Shown here one piece after another: positions 48,881-59,729 of a stretch of 64,000 nt of DNA. Under the pieces are notes generated by a model, which saw only the letters and a list, made by a program, of their open reading frames with translations, searched no databases and had not been told where the DNA came from. Source of the stretch: Cyanobacteria bacterium P01_D01_bin.156. Its GTDB lineage: Bacteria; Cyanobacteriota; Cyanobacteriia; Phormidesmidales; Phormidesmidaceae. Position 1 is the stretch's first letter. Every line of letters starts with the position of its first letter. Made by a program: the position numbers and the translations under genes. The stretch lies in NCBI GenBank assembly GCA_039024555.1, contig JBCCQQ010000021.1, forward strand, positions 22,454 through 86,453, written 5' to 3'.

Positions 48881-50854
48881 TTAAGGAGCAGCAAAAAGCT
48901 GTACCGATTTCTGAGCTGTTTTGGTATCTTCTGTTTGTTGCCAAATTTCTTGAAATGTCTGCTCTCCAATAGATAATTCTGACTCTAACGGAGCGTCAAT
49001 ATCTCGGGAAGCGGTAAACATCACTAGGCAAGGCTTAAACCTGCCATAGCGTCCCTCGGTCTGTAAAGGTGCCGACTCATTACTCACACCGACATGCTGC
49101 GCCCTAAATCCACGCCGTGGTGCATCCAATAGCTGCCAGTAGGGATACTCAAACGAGATATTCTCAAATACCATACCCACATCAGAACAGCTTTGATTAG
49201 TAATCTGTTCAGTGGCATTGGTATAAATCTTCTCTAGGGCTGGCTGAGTCTTAAAATATTGTGCAGGCCGAGTATTTGTAAAAATGTTGTTTTCTCCTGC
49301 CATTGGTCGCACCTGGTTATAAAACACCCATTGGAACGACAGCAAGACTAACCCAATAGTTAACAGATTTACAATTCTGCGGTTTAGAGTATTTCCTAGA
49401 ACCGTGCCCACCAATGCTGCAAATATAATAAAAATGGGCAAATGCAATCGACAGCGGGCCGAAGACCAGGTCAGTAGCTGACAAAATAAAAGAAAGGTAC
49501 CTGTTGTTGTCAGCCAATAGAGAAACAACCGTCGCCGCTGCTTTAAGCGACCATTAATTAACAACAGCCCAGACGCAAGTAAAATAACCGCCAGATGCAG
49601 TGGATTCCCTGCCTTGTCTTCATTAAAGGATAACCCTGGCACATAGAATCGTGGATCTTTCGCACTGGTAATTAGGGGCTCATTAACATCTACACCCATA
49701 ACCTCGTGCAGGATTTTCACTAGCTTTTCGACAATGCCAGTGATGGGGGTAATGAAGCCTTCTAAATGCAGATTTCTGACAATGTCGGCATGGAGGGCCA
49801 GGTTTCTAGATACGTTAGAGATTAAATAGCGAATGCCAAAAGCGGCTCCAGTTTCATCCGGTACTCCCAAGGGGGAGCCAAACAGTAGTACATTGCGCAG
49901 GTAGTGCCCACCATTAATAAACAGCACAATGCCCATCACCCACACCATGGGCGCAATCATGCGCCAGCCTAAATGTCGAATGCCCCACAGCAGCAGCCAT
50001 AGGCAAAAGGGGAAGGCATAAATATAGGCTGTCCCTTTAGATAAAATGGCTAACCCAAGACTTGCCCCTAGGCACACCAGCGGTAGTATCCGAATGCCCT
50101 GCCGCATGATCAATAGGGCAAAGTAAATAAAGCACACCATCCATAGGGCAACGACGTGATCGTTATTGGTGCTTGAGCCCTGCAACACGGCCATGGGCAG
50201 GGTGCCGCTGAAAATGGCCGCTAAAATTTGGCCGTTGCGATTAGCGCCTAGTTCCTTGGCGATTAAGGAGACACCAAATAGGCTGCCAATCATGCTGATC
50301 CACTGAACACAGCCGCTAAAGCGATCGCTATTACTAAGGAGCTGTAGATGAGCGATCGCAAACTCGGACCAAGGATTCTGATATAGCTGAAATATATCGT
50401 GGGTGGGATAGTGAGCCACCGACTCGTTCTGAATCCAATGCATCACTCGGCTCAGATGGTACTCCATTGAATCCGAGTGATTAGGGGCTGCCACCACCGC
50501 TGTGATGCCAATGGCCAGCAGGGCTAGAGTCATACCCACCGTCGATAGCTTTAGAGTCCACGGCAGCTCAATAAATGCATAGGGACTGAACCACTGCTTG
50601 GGGGTAGATTTAATCACCCGTAAGCCATAGGCACGCCATGAAAAGAATGCCAGCCCTATGGTTATCAGCAACCAAGCCAGCGTTAGAAAAAGACTGTTAA
50701 ACCCACGTACCAGGCTTAACCCTTCAGTCAGTACCGTTACGATTACGGCCCAGGCCATCAATCCGAATAGTAAGGCTTCTCGGTTGTAACGAAACAGCCT
50801 GGAACCAATGAGTACAAGCAGAACAAGACTCGCGATGGGAAAGATGACGGCCAT
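48881..50854 (-). CDS. Polytopic GT-C (ArnT/PMT-like) glycosyltransferase
   Basis: PN..DS..YHL.RV.HW.QN, many TM helices, LSKGT. Confidence 0.8.
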   Translation of the reverse strand: MAVIFPIASLVLLVLIGSRLFRYNREALLFGLMAWAVIVTVLTEGLSLVRGFNSLFLTLAWLLITIGLAFFSWRAYGLRVIKSTPKQWFSPYAFIELPWTLKLSTVGMTLALLAIGITAVVAAPNHSDSMEYHLSRVMHWIQNESVAHYPTHDIFQLYQNPWSEFAIAHLQLLSNSDRFSGCVQWISMIGSLFGVSLIAKELGANRNGQILAAIFSGTLPMAVLQGSSTNNDHVVALWMVCFIYFALLIMRQGIRILPLVCLGASLGLAILSKGTAYIYAFPFCLWLLLWGIRHLGWRMIAPMVWVMGIVLFINGGHYLRNVLLFGSPLGVPDETGAAFGIRYLISNVSRNLALHADIVRNLHLEGFITPITGIVEKLVKILHEVMGVDVNEPLITSAKDPRFYVPGLSFNEDKAGNPLHLAVILLASGLLLINGRLKQRRRLFLYWLTTTGTFLLFCQLLTWSSARCRLHLPIFIIFAALVGTVLGNTLNRRIVNLLTIGLVLLSFQWVFYNQVRPMAGENNIFTNTRPAQYFKTQPALEKIYTNATEQITNQSCSDVGMVFENISFEYPYWQLLDAPRRGFRAQHVGVSNESAPLQTEGRYGRFKPCLVMFTASRDIDAPLESELSIGEQTFQEIWQQTEDTKTAQKSVQLFAAP

Positions 50855-51394
50855 TTTCAGGTTGAGTAAATAGGTGGGGGAGACCCTACACGGATCGGCT
50901 CAAGCAAACAGGGCCATTATCCCACATCAAGTTTGAGCTTATTTGCAGTATCTCAAAGAACGCTGGCGTAGCGGTTAACCGCATGCACCCATGGGCTGAA
51001 AAACAATCCTGTTTAAAAAATAAATGGAAGTAACAATCAATACTTAGCCAATATGGCTTGCATAAGCCTGCAGGCTGACAACAAGTTTAGTTGTTGTTGA
51101 GGTTCAATCCGTTGATGCTGAAATTCTTTAGGGAACACTGAACTCATCATGGCTAGATTGCTGGTTTTTATGGATCTAGAGAGAGTTTGATCGACAAAAC
51201 TTGTTGGCTTTATCGATAGGAAATGAGGGCGTTTCAGACATCAGCAACGCCGTTTTTTAGCGAATAATTCAGTGTTCTCTCCACTGAGCCCATCTTAATT
51301 GTGAAGTAATTTTCCATACCTGGTCTCCTTGGCCATTGCGTAGTTACCCCAGGCAAGTGCTGGGGCCAGACAGTTTTTTATCGAATGTGACGGT

Positions 51395-53707
51395 ATGAAC
51401 TATAGACGGCATTTTTTGATCGGTGTAGTAACAGCACTATTGCTGGGATTTTTTGGGCTAAGCGTTCAGGCCCATGACCCCCACGATGTGGTACGGCAGG
51501 TAGAGCTGTCGCCGAACTACAGTCAGGATCATGCGCTGTACCTGCTGGTGCGAGGAAACTTTCTAAAATCTGTTGATGAAGGCGTTACCTGGCAGCGACA
51601 GGTGCAGGGGTTAGATCATCAAACTCCCCTAACTGCTTTTGCCATTGCACCCACCGCCCCAGACCATCTGTATATCACCACCGAAGGCGATGGCCTCTAC
51701 GAATCTGAGAATGCTGGTAAGACCTGGCAGTCTGTCAATCAAGAACTGCCAGAACTGGCCCTAACCCAGGTGGCCGTTTCTGCCACGGATGCGAATCGGG
51801 TGTACGTGGCGGGTCATGATAGTAATGTGTATCGTCGCGATGGCGATACCTGGTCTCTGGCTCTGGCAACAAAAGTGCCAGTGGGTGCGATCGCAACGTC
51901 TCCAGACCAAATTGTTATCGGAGATTATCAGGGCAATCTGTACCGCTCAGGCGATGCAGGCCAAACCTGGACCACCATAAATGTGGTAGATGGGGCCATC
52001 ACCAGTGTGAATCTAAGCCCAGATAACGACACTTTTTGGATTGGGACCGAAACCAGCGGCATTCTCAGAACAACGGACGGTGGCCAAACCTTTACTGCAG
52101 TGAATGAAGGACTACCGGAAACAACCATTCAAGATATTGTCAGCGCCACCGATCCGAATACCCAACTGTTAAGCCTCTACGCTTCCACCTCAAATAATGG
52201 CGTATTTTATTCCACTAACAGAGGAGACAGCTGGCGCCCTGTAGATGACGGTCTCACCAAAACCTCCCAGGCCGACAAAATGGGCTATGCCCACTTTACT
52301 GATTTAGCGATTTCTCCAGCGTTTAATCAAGATGGCACGGTGCTTGCCAGTGGGTTTAACGGTTTGTTTAAGACCACAAACCAAGGAGAGACTTGGGCAC
52401 AGCTAGATACCCTGCCAGGAGATATTCCCATGGCACTGGCCCTATCTCCTAACTACGCGACAGATAAGACGGTGGTAGCGGTTACCTATGTGGGAGAAGC
52501 CTACATGAGTAACGATGGCGGTGATAGCTGGTCGCCCATGGCAAAAGGGCTAGAGCTACCCTTCTTTACAGATACCTTTGAGCCCATTGAGCGCAATGAC
52601 GACCCGCGTCGGTTTCAATCGCTAGCGTTTTCTCCCAACTACGCCAAGGATAAAACACTGTTTGCCACTATTTTGAATAATGGTGTGCTGCGCTACTCCG
52701 AAAGTAACGGCTGGCAGCTACAGCGATTTAAAGGTTGGGAAAGGGCCTTAGCGATCGCACCGTCTCCTAACTATGACAAAGACCATACCGTATTTGTTGG
52801 TACGCAAGAAGGGAGAGTGTATCTCTCCCAGAATAGCGGGAAAAGCTTTAAGAAACTGGGCGAAATAGGCCGTCAGGTGGGTAACGAGTCTCCTTTTATG
52901 GTGGTCTCCCCTAACTATGCTCAGGATAAAACGGTCTTTATGACTGGGGCAGAAGGAGTCTACAAAACAACCGATGCCGGACAATCCTGGCAGGCCATGA
53001 CCTCCAAAGAACAAATTCAAGACCGCAGCAAACTCAAACTAGCGGTTTCTCCCAACTATGGACAGGATCAAACCCTGTGGCTGGGAACGAGCGATGGCTT
53101 ATTTGAAACCCAAGATGGTGGAGAGACCTGGAATTTAGTCTCTAGTAATGTCTACGGTGCCATCCCCTACATTGAGGCGGTGGCAATTTCCCCAAGCTAC
53201 GCCAACGATCAAACCCTATTTGTGAGTGTGCGGGGTAAGGGACTGATCAAGAGCACAGATAGTGGACGAACCTTCGCTGCAGTAGGTAATGCGACACCGC
53301 CCCTATCGATTGTGAATAATTTTGAGTATGGGTCTATGCCGCTCGTGATATCCCCCAACTATGCCAAGGATCAAACCCTATTTGGCATTGGTGCTGTTAC
53401 CGGAGATATCTTCAAATCTACAGATGGTGGTGAAAACTGGGCAACGATTACCCTGCCGAACGCAGAGATTTTTACCGCTTATAACAACTATCAGTATTCT
53501 CCCATTAGCAAAGTTAGGTTCTTTGTTCATATTTACCAAAGACAGCTGCTGAAGATGGGTTTGGCGTGTTTATCAGGGATGATGTGCTACGCACTGCTAA
53601 GTACGGTGACCCAATTTATTCGCAGAACTCCATGGCTACGACGTCCCATGCGTTTGGGGGCTGCAACGGTGGTTACGGGGCTTGCGATCGCAGTTCTGTT
53701 TGTTTAG
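51395..53707 (+). CDS. Exported BNR/Asp-box (YCF48/VPS10-like) beta-propeller protein with C-terminal membrane anchor
   Basis: Signal peptide; repeated S.D.G.TW Asp-boxes and SPNY..D.T motifs; two C-terminal TMs. Confidence 0.85.
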   Translation: MNYRRHFLIGVVTALLLGFFGLSVQAHDPHDVVRQVELSPNYSQDHALYLLVRGNFLKSVDEGVTWQRQVQGLDHQTPLTAFAIAPTAPDHLYITTEGDGLYESENAGKTWQSVNQELPELALTQVAVSATDANRVYVAGHDSNVYRRDGDTWSLALATKVPVGAIATSPDQIVIGDYQGNLYRSGDAGQTWTTINVVDGAITSVNLSPDNDTFWIGTETSGILRTTDGGQTFTAVNEGLPETTIQDIVSATDPNTQLLSLYASTSNNGVFYSTNRGDSWRPVDDGLTKTSQADKMGYAHFTDLAISPAFNQDGTVLASGFNGLFKTTNQGETWAQLDTLPGDIPMALALSPNYATDKTVVAVTYVGEAYMSNDGGDSWSPMAKGLELPFFTDTFEPIERNDDPRRFQSLAFSPNYAKDKTLFATILNNGVLRYSESNGWQLQRFKGWERALAIAPSPNYDKDHTVFVGTQEGRVYLSQNSGKSFKKLGEIGRQVGNESPFMVVSPNYAQDKTVFMTGAEGVYKTTDAGQSWQAMTSKEQIQDRSKLKLAVSPNYGQDQTLWLGTSDGLFETQDGGETWNLVSSNVYGAIPYIEAVAISPSYANDQTLFVSVRGKGLIKSTDSGRTFAAVGNATPPLSIVNNFEYGSMPLVISPNYAKDQTLFGIGAVTGDIFKSTDGGENWATITLPNAEIFTAYNNYQYSPISKVRFFVHIYQRQLLKMGLACLSGMMCYALLSTVTQFIRRTPWLRRPMRLGAATVVTGLAIAVLFV

Positions 53708-54254
53708 TGCAGTGATTACTCTGTTCTGACTCTACCGGATTCTGGAATACTTGTGGTGCATACCTCATAAGATCTTGCCCAAACGGTGTTCTGCGCAGTG
53801 CATGCTCATCAATGGTGGAGCCTCTGGTTGGCAGCGGAACAACAATTCCAGACAGTGGAACGTAGTTCATGGTTTTAGGATCAATCAACCACTTAGGAAG
53901 AAACCCCTTTGGATAGACTTTTGTGGGCATAGGCGTCTTGAGAGAGAGGCCATAGGTAGTGGCGTAGCCATCGTTCATAGAGCCTAGATGGCTGACGTTC
54001 GACCAGGAGGAGCGGAGGTGAACACGCCCCTGCCGCCAATGGAAACCTTCTGGATATACTCGAAGCTTTGAGGTTAAGGAAAAATAGTAGAGCCATCCCA
54101 GAAAAACCGCGCCTAACGGCAACATGATGAGATTGTTTTGCAGAAAATTGGCGCGGGGCAAGAAGAGCCAACACACCGCCCCCTGAAATAGCAAATAGCC
54201 AGCTCCAAGGCTGAGATAAATAAAGGGGTGCAACTGATTTTGGTATGTTTTCAT
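53673..54254 (-). CDS. Hypothetical membrane protein (2 TM + small soluble domain)
   Basis: Two TMs followed by a beta-rich segment; AAGA/ATG start. Confidence 0.6.
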   Translation of the reverse strand: MKTYQNQLHPFIYLSLGAGYLLFQGAVCWLFLPRANFLQNNLIMLPLGAVFLGWLYYFSLTSKLRVYPEGFHWRQGRVHLRSSWSNVSHLGSMNDGYATTYGLSLKTPMPTKVYPKGFLPKWLIDPKTMNYVPLSGIVVPLPTRGSTIDEHALRRTPFGQDLMRYAPQVFQNPVESEQSNHCTKQTELRSQAP

Positions 54255-54323
54255 TCTTGTTTAAGGAATGGAATCAGATACATCATAAACTTAGACTATC
54301 CTAGGAAAATTGAGAGCAAGTTC

Positions 54324-55322
54324 TCACCAACGTGGCATCTTGTCTATCTCAAAAATTAAGAACGTATTGGGATTATCTGCTGAATTCAGGCCAATGCGCT
54401 TTCCGTCTATTGACCAAATTATCGAAAACACTGCGTCTAGGCTTAAAGAAATTTTTTCAAACGTCTGACTGCCCCGTTGCCAAAGATATATAGCGTCCTG
54501 TTGGTAGCCAACTGCTATTAGCTGTTGACTATCCGGAGAAAAGAACGCACTTTCGGCCAAATCTTCGTCAGACCTGAGCAGAGCTAGCGATTTTTCAGCG
54601 CCATTTACCAGCTCAAAAATTTCTAGAGGCCCATTCCCTCTATGAATTGCCTTAAGACTCTGATCGGGTGAAATCACCTGGGGTTGTCGTAGTTGTGGAT
54701 AAAGGATGGTTTCAACCAAGGCTGACTGAGGTTTTAGTGCACTCTCTTCCAGAGATTTAACAGTACCATCTGCAATTGCAATCCGACGCTGTGTACACAA
54801 CACAAACTGACCATCCTTGGAGAACGCTAGCTCTGGACAATTATTCATCCGTGTTCGCCACCGACGCTCACCCGTCTCAGCATTCCACACATACACAACA
54901 TGGCTACTATCCTGTGGAATACTGGCTGCTAGCAGTTCTCCATTGGGAGAAAACACAACATCCGGATCATCATCAGGAGGAATTAATGTTGACGTGGATA
55001 GCACTGTTTCATTCACCATCAGTGTGTGCAGTATCTCACCACTTTCCAGGCTCACTAATAGAATCAACGTTCCCTGCACTCGTCGTCCATCGTTCTTACG
55101 CAACACAGCCAGTTGGGGAATCACTATCATCTGGCCATTGGGAGAGAATAGCATGGGATGAATGGGCTGTAATACAGCCTCTACCTCTGCCACATTCAGT
55201 GCATCAGTATCTACAGTCACTTTCGCTATGCAGCCACTTCTATCCAGGTGTAAATCTAGCCAATTGCAAGCCTTTAGACCTGCTCGAATTTGCTGATTTG
55301 CTACCACCAAAACACTGCCCAC
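54324..55322 (-). CDS. WD40-like beta-propeller protein (start uncertain)
   Basis: Repeated FSPNG/FSKDG/FSPDS/WSIDG and 'VYVWN..TG'. Confidence 0.65.
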   Translation of the reverse strand: MGSVLVVANQQIRAGLKACNWLDLHLDRSGCIAKVTVDTDALNVAEVEAVLQPIHPMLFSPNGQMIVIPQLAVLRKNDGRRVQGTLILLVSLESGEILHTLMVNETVLSTSTLIPPDDDPDVVFSPNGELLAASIPQDSSHVVYVWNAETGERRWRTRMNNCPELAFSKDGQFVLCTQRRIAIADGTVKSLEESALKPQSALVETILYPQLRQPQVISPDQSLKAIHRGNGPLEIFELVNGAEKSLALLRSDEDLAESAFFSPDSQQLIAVGYQQDAIYLWQRGSQTFEKISLSLDAVFSIIWSIDGKRIGLNSADNPNTFLIFEIDKMPRW

Positions 55323-55443
55323 TACTACTAACGGGAGCCAACAATTTTTTAGAAAACCTGTAATTCGTTTAATGTGTCGATCTCCCTAAATAATAAGGCA
55401 TTCAGGAGTGTCCAATCCGCTATAAATGTCGCCAATGTTTTTA

Positions 55444-57258
55444 TCAGCCCCAAAAATTATCCACATCAATTTGGTTGATTTCGCTTTGTAGTTCTTGAAA
55501 ATAACTGCTCTCAGTTATTTTTGCAACGTCTTGGGCTTTCTGAGTTTCATCAATCTCAATTTGCAGTTCCTTTAACTGACGCTGTAGTTCGATTTCCCGC
55601 AGCTTGCGCTCGGTAATATCTTTGACGATGCCTTCAAAATAAAGGATCTCACCAGTATTGTCTCGAACAGCGCGAGTGTTTTCTTCTACCCAGATAATGC
55701 TGCCATCTTGGCGATAGCTGCGATATTCAAAGTCCTTGACTTCACCAGTCTCATCCAACAGACGGGTGAAGGTATCTCGTCCTTCTGGATCCACATAAAT
55801 CTGTTTGGCGATATTCTCAATGCTGGTAACCATATTGGCTGGAGAGCTATAGCCATACAGCTGAGCCATGGCCGGATTCACACTGATAAAGTGCCCTTCC
55901 TGACTGGACTGGAAAATACCTTCTAAAGCATTTTCATAGATGCTACGGTACTTTTCCTCAGCAATCCGCAGGTCCTGAAAAGAGCTTTGTAGCTGTTGAG
56001 CCATGCTGTTAAAGGTACGGGCTAAGCGCCGCATTTCTCGAATGGGTGCAGGGGTGACGCGCTGTTCCAGATTGCCCTCAGCAATACCCTCGGCCGCCTG
56101 ACATACCTCTGATACCGGACGGGTAAGACTGCGGGCTGCCAAGATGGCTAGAGCAATGGCTACGAGCAATCCCGCCAGGGCCAGTAGGAGAGTGGTGCGA
56201 GTGTTGGCGTAGATTTGCCCCATAAAGTCAACTTTGGGCACCACAGCCACAATTAACCAGTCCAGGCCAAATCCATCGCTGAAAGGAACGACGTCGATAA
56301 ACTGGCGCTCGCCGTTAAGCTGAAAGCTACGACGCTGGGGGCGGCTGATGCGGGCGAAATCGCCAAAGGTATTTTGGAGGTAGATACCTGCCCCCTGCAC
56401 CAATGGATCCTGGCTTTCCATGACCTGTAGAGAGCGGACCTGGTCCCCTTCTCCCACCATCAGGGGTTCATCGTTAGAGTTGGCAATCAAATTTCCGTTG
56501 CGGTCTAGTACAAATGCCTGACCACGATTGCCAATCTTTAGGGAACTGAGAAAGTTGCGAAATTCCTCTGGCAATACGACATCAGTGGCACATACTCCAA
56601 TCAGCTGTTGTCCAGTGCGATCATAGACAGGTAGACTAGCCGTCACGTTAGGTAGGCCGGTGGTAAAGGCTATATAGACATCTGTCCAGGCTGGACCTTG
56701 AGCACTGACTGCTGCTCGGTACCATGGCCGTTGGCGGGCATCATAGGGTTTAGTGGACTGAGGCAGCCTAAAGGTACGTAGTCCGGCGACGTCCAAACTA
56801 AAATAATCCCTTAAGAATTTGTTGGCCCGGTTACTGTAGGACAGTTGCAAAGAACCATCCTCGGGTAACCTTAGCACCCCAAAAAATTCTCCCCGACGGC
56901 TGCTGCCACAGTAGGCAAAGGCCACGTTGGGAGAAATTTTCATTTGTTGATAGATCTGGGCCTCGCCAAACTGGGCATTGGTGATGTCTAATTCCCCTCG
57001 GGAGAAGGCCGCGGCATTGAGGCGATTGATCTCGTGGGGGGTTTCAAAATAGCTCTGTAACTCACGTTCGATCCGAGATGTGAGCTCCTGTCGTATCTGG
57101 ACAGCCAGGGTTTCAACCGTCTGTTGACTGTTACGCAAGGAGAGATAGCCCACCAGACTGACCACACCTAACAGTTGCCCGGCAAATGCGATTAGCAATA
57201 GATTCCGTAGGGACAAATTCTTGAGGGAGTTGAGCACGTGTTTAGGTCTCAGAGGCAT
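55444..57258 (-). CDS. Membrane sensor Cache-HAMP-PAS ending in a short coiled coil; no catalytic output domain
   Basis: YDARQRPWY Cache motif, HAMP, 'YRSIYENALEGIFQ...DGSIIWV...DITERK'. Confidence 0.88.
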   Translation of the reverse strand: MPLRPKHVLNSLKNLSLRNLLLIAFAGQLLGVVSLVGYLSLRNSQQTVETLAVQIRQELTSRIERELQSYFETPHEINRLNAAAFSRGELDITNAQFGEAQIYQQMKISPNVAFAYCGSSRRGEFFGVLRLPEDGSLQLSYSNRANKFLRDYFSLDVAGLRTFRLPQSTKPYDARQRPWYRAAVSAQGPAWTDVYIAFTTGLPNVTASLPVYDRTGQQLIGVCATDVVLPEEFRNFLSSLKIGNRGQAFVLDRNGNLIANSNDEPLMVGEGDQVRSLQVMESQDPLVQGAGIYLQNTFGDFARISRPQRRSFQLNGERQFIDVVPFSDGFGLDWLIVAVVPKVDFMGQIYANTRTTLLLALAGLLVAIALAILAARSLTRPVSEVCQAAEGIAEGNLEQRVTPAPIREMRRLARTFNSMAQQLQSSFQDLRIAEEKYRSIYENALEGIFQSSQEGHFISVNPAMAQLYGYSSPANMVTSIENIAKQIYVDPEGRDTFTRLLDETGEVKDFEYRSYRQDGSIIWVEENTRAVRDNTGEILYFEGIVKDITERKLREIELQRQLKELQIEIDETQKAQDVAKITESSYFQELQSEINQIDVDNFWG

Positions 57259-57386
57259 GTAGTCCGATTTTATCGTTGCTTTCTATCCGTCAACGAGTCT
57301 TCTAAAAATTAGTCTCTGGTAACCCATCTGGTTTTTAATTCATCTGATATTCTCTGATTAACGCTGCTGCCCTATGGGTTACCGTT

Positions 57387-59699
57387 ATGATTGGACTTCG
57401 TCACCTCAGCATTAGATCAAAAATTCAGGTGATGTTGCTGGTTGTTGGCCTGATTTCGATTGTCTCCATCAGTCTCTTAGGGTGGAGCTGGGCTCGGGCA
57501 GAGCTCAAGCAAACTATTTTTGATCATCTCACCAGTGTTAGGGCCTCAAAGGCTTATCAGATTGAATCCTATTTCACTACGTTCAAAAACCATGTTGAAA
57601 CTCTCTGCGAAGACCGCATGGTGGTATCGGCGGTGCAGGAGTTTGACGCGGCCTATGAGCAGCTCAATCAAGAGACGACCCCAACCAGCTGGGATAATGC
57701 CATTCGCGATTATTATGAGCAGAACTTTTTTCCCAAGCTGACCGAACATATTGCCGGGACGCCGAATTATGAAACCTATGCCCCCAAGGGTAATGCGGCC
57801 CGTTACCTGCAGTACCACTATATTGCGTCCAATCCTAACCCGGTGGGAGAGAAGGATGTCCTGATCGATGCCAAGGATGACAGTGTTTACAGTGCTATTC
57901 ATAGCCGTTACCATCGGCTGTTTCAAAATCTAATTCAGAAGTTTGGCTATTATGACTTTTTCCTGATTGATCCCCGAACATCGGATATTGTCTATTCCGT
58001 CTATAAGGAAACGGATTATGCTACCAGCCTAGGCGATGGTCCCTACAGCCGCAGTAATTTGGCTGAGGTGGTCGCGGCGGTGCAGGATAATCCCGATCGG
58101 GGGGCGATTCAGGTTGCAGATTTCAAATCCTATAAGCCTTCCTATGCGGCTCCAGCGGCATTTTTGGCGGGTCCTATTTATGATGGTCCCACCTTTGTTG
58201 GCATTCTTGCGGTGCAAATGCCGGTCAATGAGTTGAATCAGGTCTTAACGGGGGGAAAGAACTGGAAACAAGATGGATTGGGGGCGTCTGGAGAGACCTA
58301 TTTAGTGGGGGAAGATTATCTAATGCGTTCCATATCCCGGTTTTTGATTGAAGATAAAGCTGGATACGAGGAAGCTTTGCGTTCTATAGGTACTCCCAAT
58401 CGCACTGTCGAATTGATTGATCAATTGGATACTTCGATTTTGTTGCAACGGGTGAATACTGAGGCGGCTAAAGATGCGATCGCAGGTCAAGAAGGTACCC
58501 AGATTACAAAAGACTATCGCGGCATTCCAGTGTTGAGTTCCTATGCCCCTATTAATCTACCGGGGCTAGAATGGGCCATTCTATCGGAAATGGATTTGGC
58601 TGAAGCCTATCAGCCCGTTTATTCTCTCCAAACCTATTTGCTGATTTCGACCGTAATTTTGATGCTGGCTCTCACATTTTTGGCCAGCATTATTGCCGCT
58701 AATTTTGTAAAGCCTATTGATACGCTGATCGCGGCTTCTCGCAAAGCAGAGCTGGGCCAAGAAGATGCCACCGTATTCTTTGACTCCACCGATGAATTTA
58801 GCGAGTTGGCTACCATTTTTAATACGGTAGTACAAAGAATGCACCAGCAAATCAACACCATTGAGCGGCAATATCTTGAAGCTCAAGGTATTTTGCAGAA
58901 GCTCCTACCCGATGAGATTATTGAGCGCGTCAAGCGAAAAGAAGCCTTGATTGCCACCCAGACCCAACAGGTTACCGTTTTATTTGCCAAAATCGTGGGC
59001 TTGGGCTCTCTGGCTAAACAGCAGCCCCCCAGCATGTTGAATCAATACTTGAGCGAGCTATTGATTTCCTTTAATCAGGTGGCCACACGCAATGATGTTG
59101 AGCCTTTTAAGTTTGCTTGCGATCGCTACATTGCTACCTGTGGTCTTACAAAACCCAGGCTCGATCATGAAAAGCGGATGGTGGATTTTGCCCTCAATTT
59201 GCTCGATCTCGTTCAAGGGTTCAACAGTCGCCATCAAACCCGTCTAAGTCTGCGCATTGGCATTCATACAGGAACCGTGGCCACGGGTGTTTTAGGAACC
59301 CAGCAATTAAGTTATGACCTGTTGGGCCAGCCAGTGACCATTGCCAGCGGCCTCATTGAGATGACAGATGCTAGTGTCATTATCACCACTCAAATGGTGC
59401 GCGATCGCCTCAAGGGATTCTATGACTTTCAAAAAGGAACTCGTCTTTCCCTAGAAAGCCAGGCCACAATGGACACCTGGATACTGAAAAAAGGTGCCCT
59501 CACCGACCTCATTGGAGAACTAACCAGTGGTCTTTCCAACGGTTCCCCGTCAGAGGACTTAATAGACGGGGAAGCCGAGCCAGTGGCTGCACCAGCAACT
59601 GCAGAAGAATCATCCGTCGTGTCGTCAGCACCCACTGATGATTCTTCAATCTTTGGAGAGCTTGTGGAAGAACTCGGCATTGACTCGTTTGATCCTTAA
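57387..59699 (+). CDS. Cache/HAMP + class III adenylate/guanylate cyclase-like domain, probably catalytically degenerate
   Basis: FGYYDFFLID, GETYLVG, DYRG..VLSSY; cyclase region 'VLFAKIVG','RIGIHTG','YDLLG.PV.IAS'. Confidence 0.85.
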   Translation: MIGLRHLSIRSKIQVMLLVVGLISIVSISLLGWSWARAELKQTIFDHLTSVRASKAYQIESYFTTFKNHVETLCEDRMVVSAVQEFDAAYEQLNQETTPTSWDNAIRDYYEQNFFPKLTEHIAGTPNYETYAPKGNAARYLQYHYIASNPNPVGEKDVLIDAKDDSVYSAIHSRYHRLFQNLIQKFGYYDFFLIDPRTSDIVYSVYKETDYATSLGDGPYSRSNLAEVVAAVQDNPDRGAIQVADFKSYKPSYAAPAAFLAGPIYDGPTFVGILAVQMPVNELNQVLTGGKNWKQDGLGASGETYLVGEDYLMRSISRFLIEDKAGYEEALRSIGTPNRTVELIDQLDTSILLQRVNTEAAKDAIAGQEGTQITKDYRGIPVLSSYAPINLPGLEWAILSEMDLAEAYQPVYSLQTYLLISTVILMLALTFLASIIAANFVKPIDTLIAASRKAELGQEDATVFFDSTDEFSELATIFNTVVQRMHQQINTIERQYLEAQGILQKLLPDEIIERVKRKEALIATQTQQVTVLFAKIVGLGSLAKQQPPSMLNQYLSELLISFNQVATRNDVEPFKFACDRYIATCGLTKPRLDHEKRMVDFALNLLDLVQGFNSRHQTRLSLRIGIHTGTVATGVLGTQQLSYDLLGQPVTIASGLIEMTDASVIITTQMVRDRLKGFYDFQKGTRLSLESQATMDTWILKKGALTDLIGELTSGLSNGSPSEDLIDGEAEPVAAPATAEESSVVSSAPTDDSSIFGELVEELGIDSFDP

Positions 59700-59729
59700 T
59701 CATTTCAACCTGCCCGACACCTGAACACC

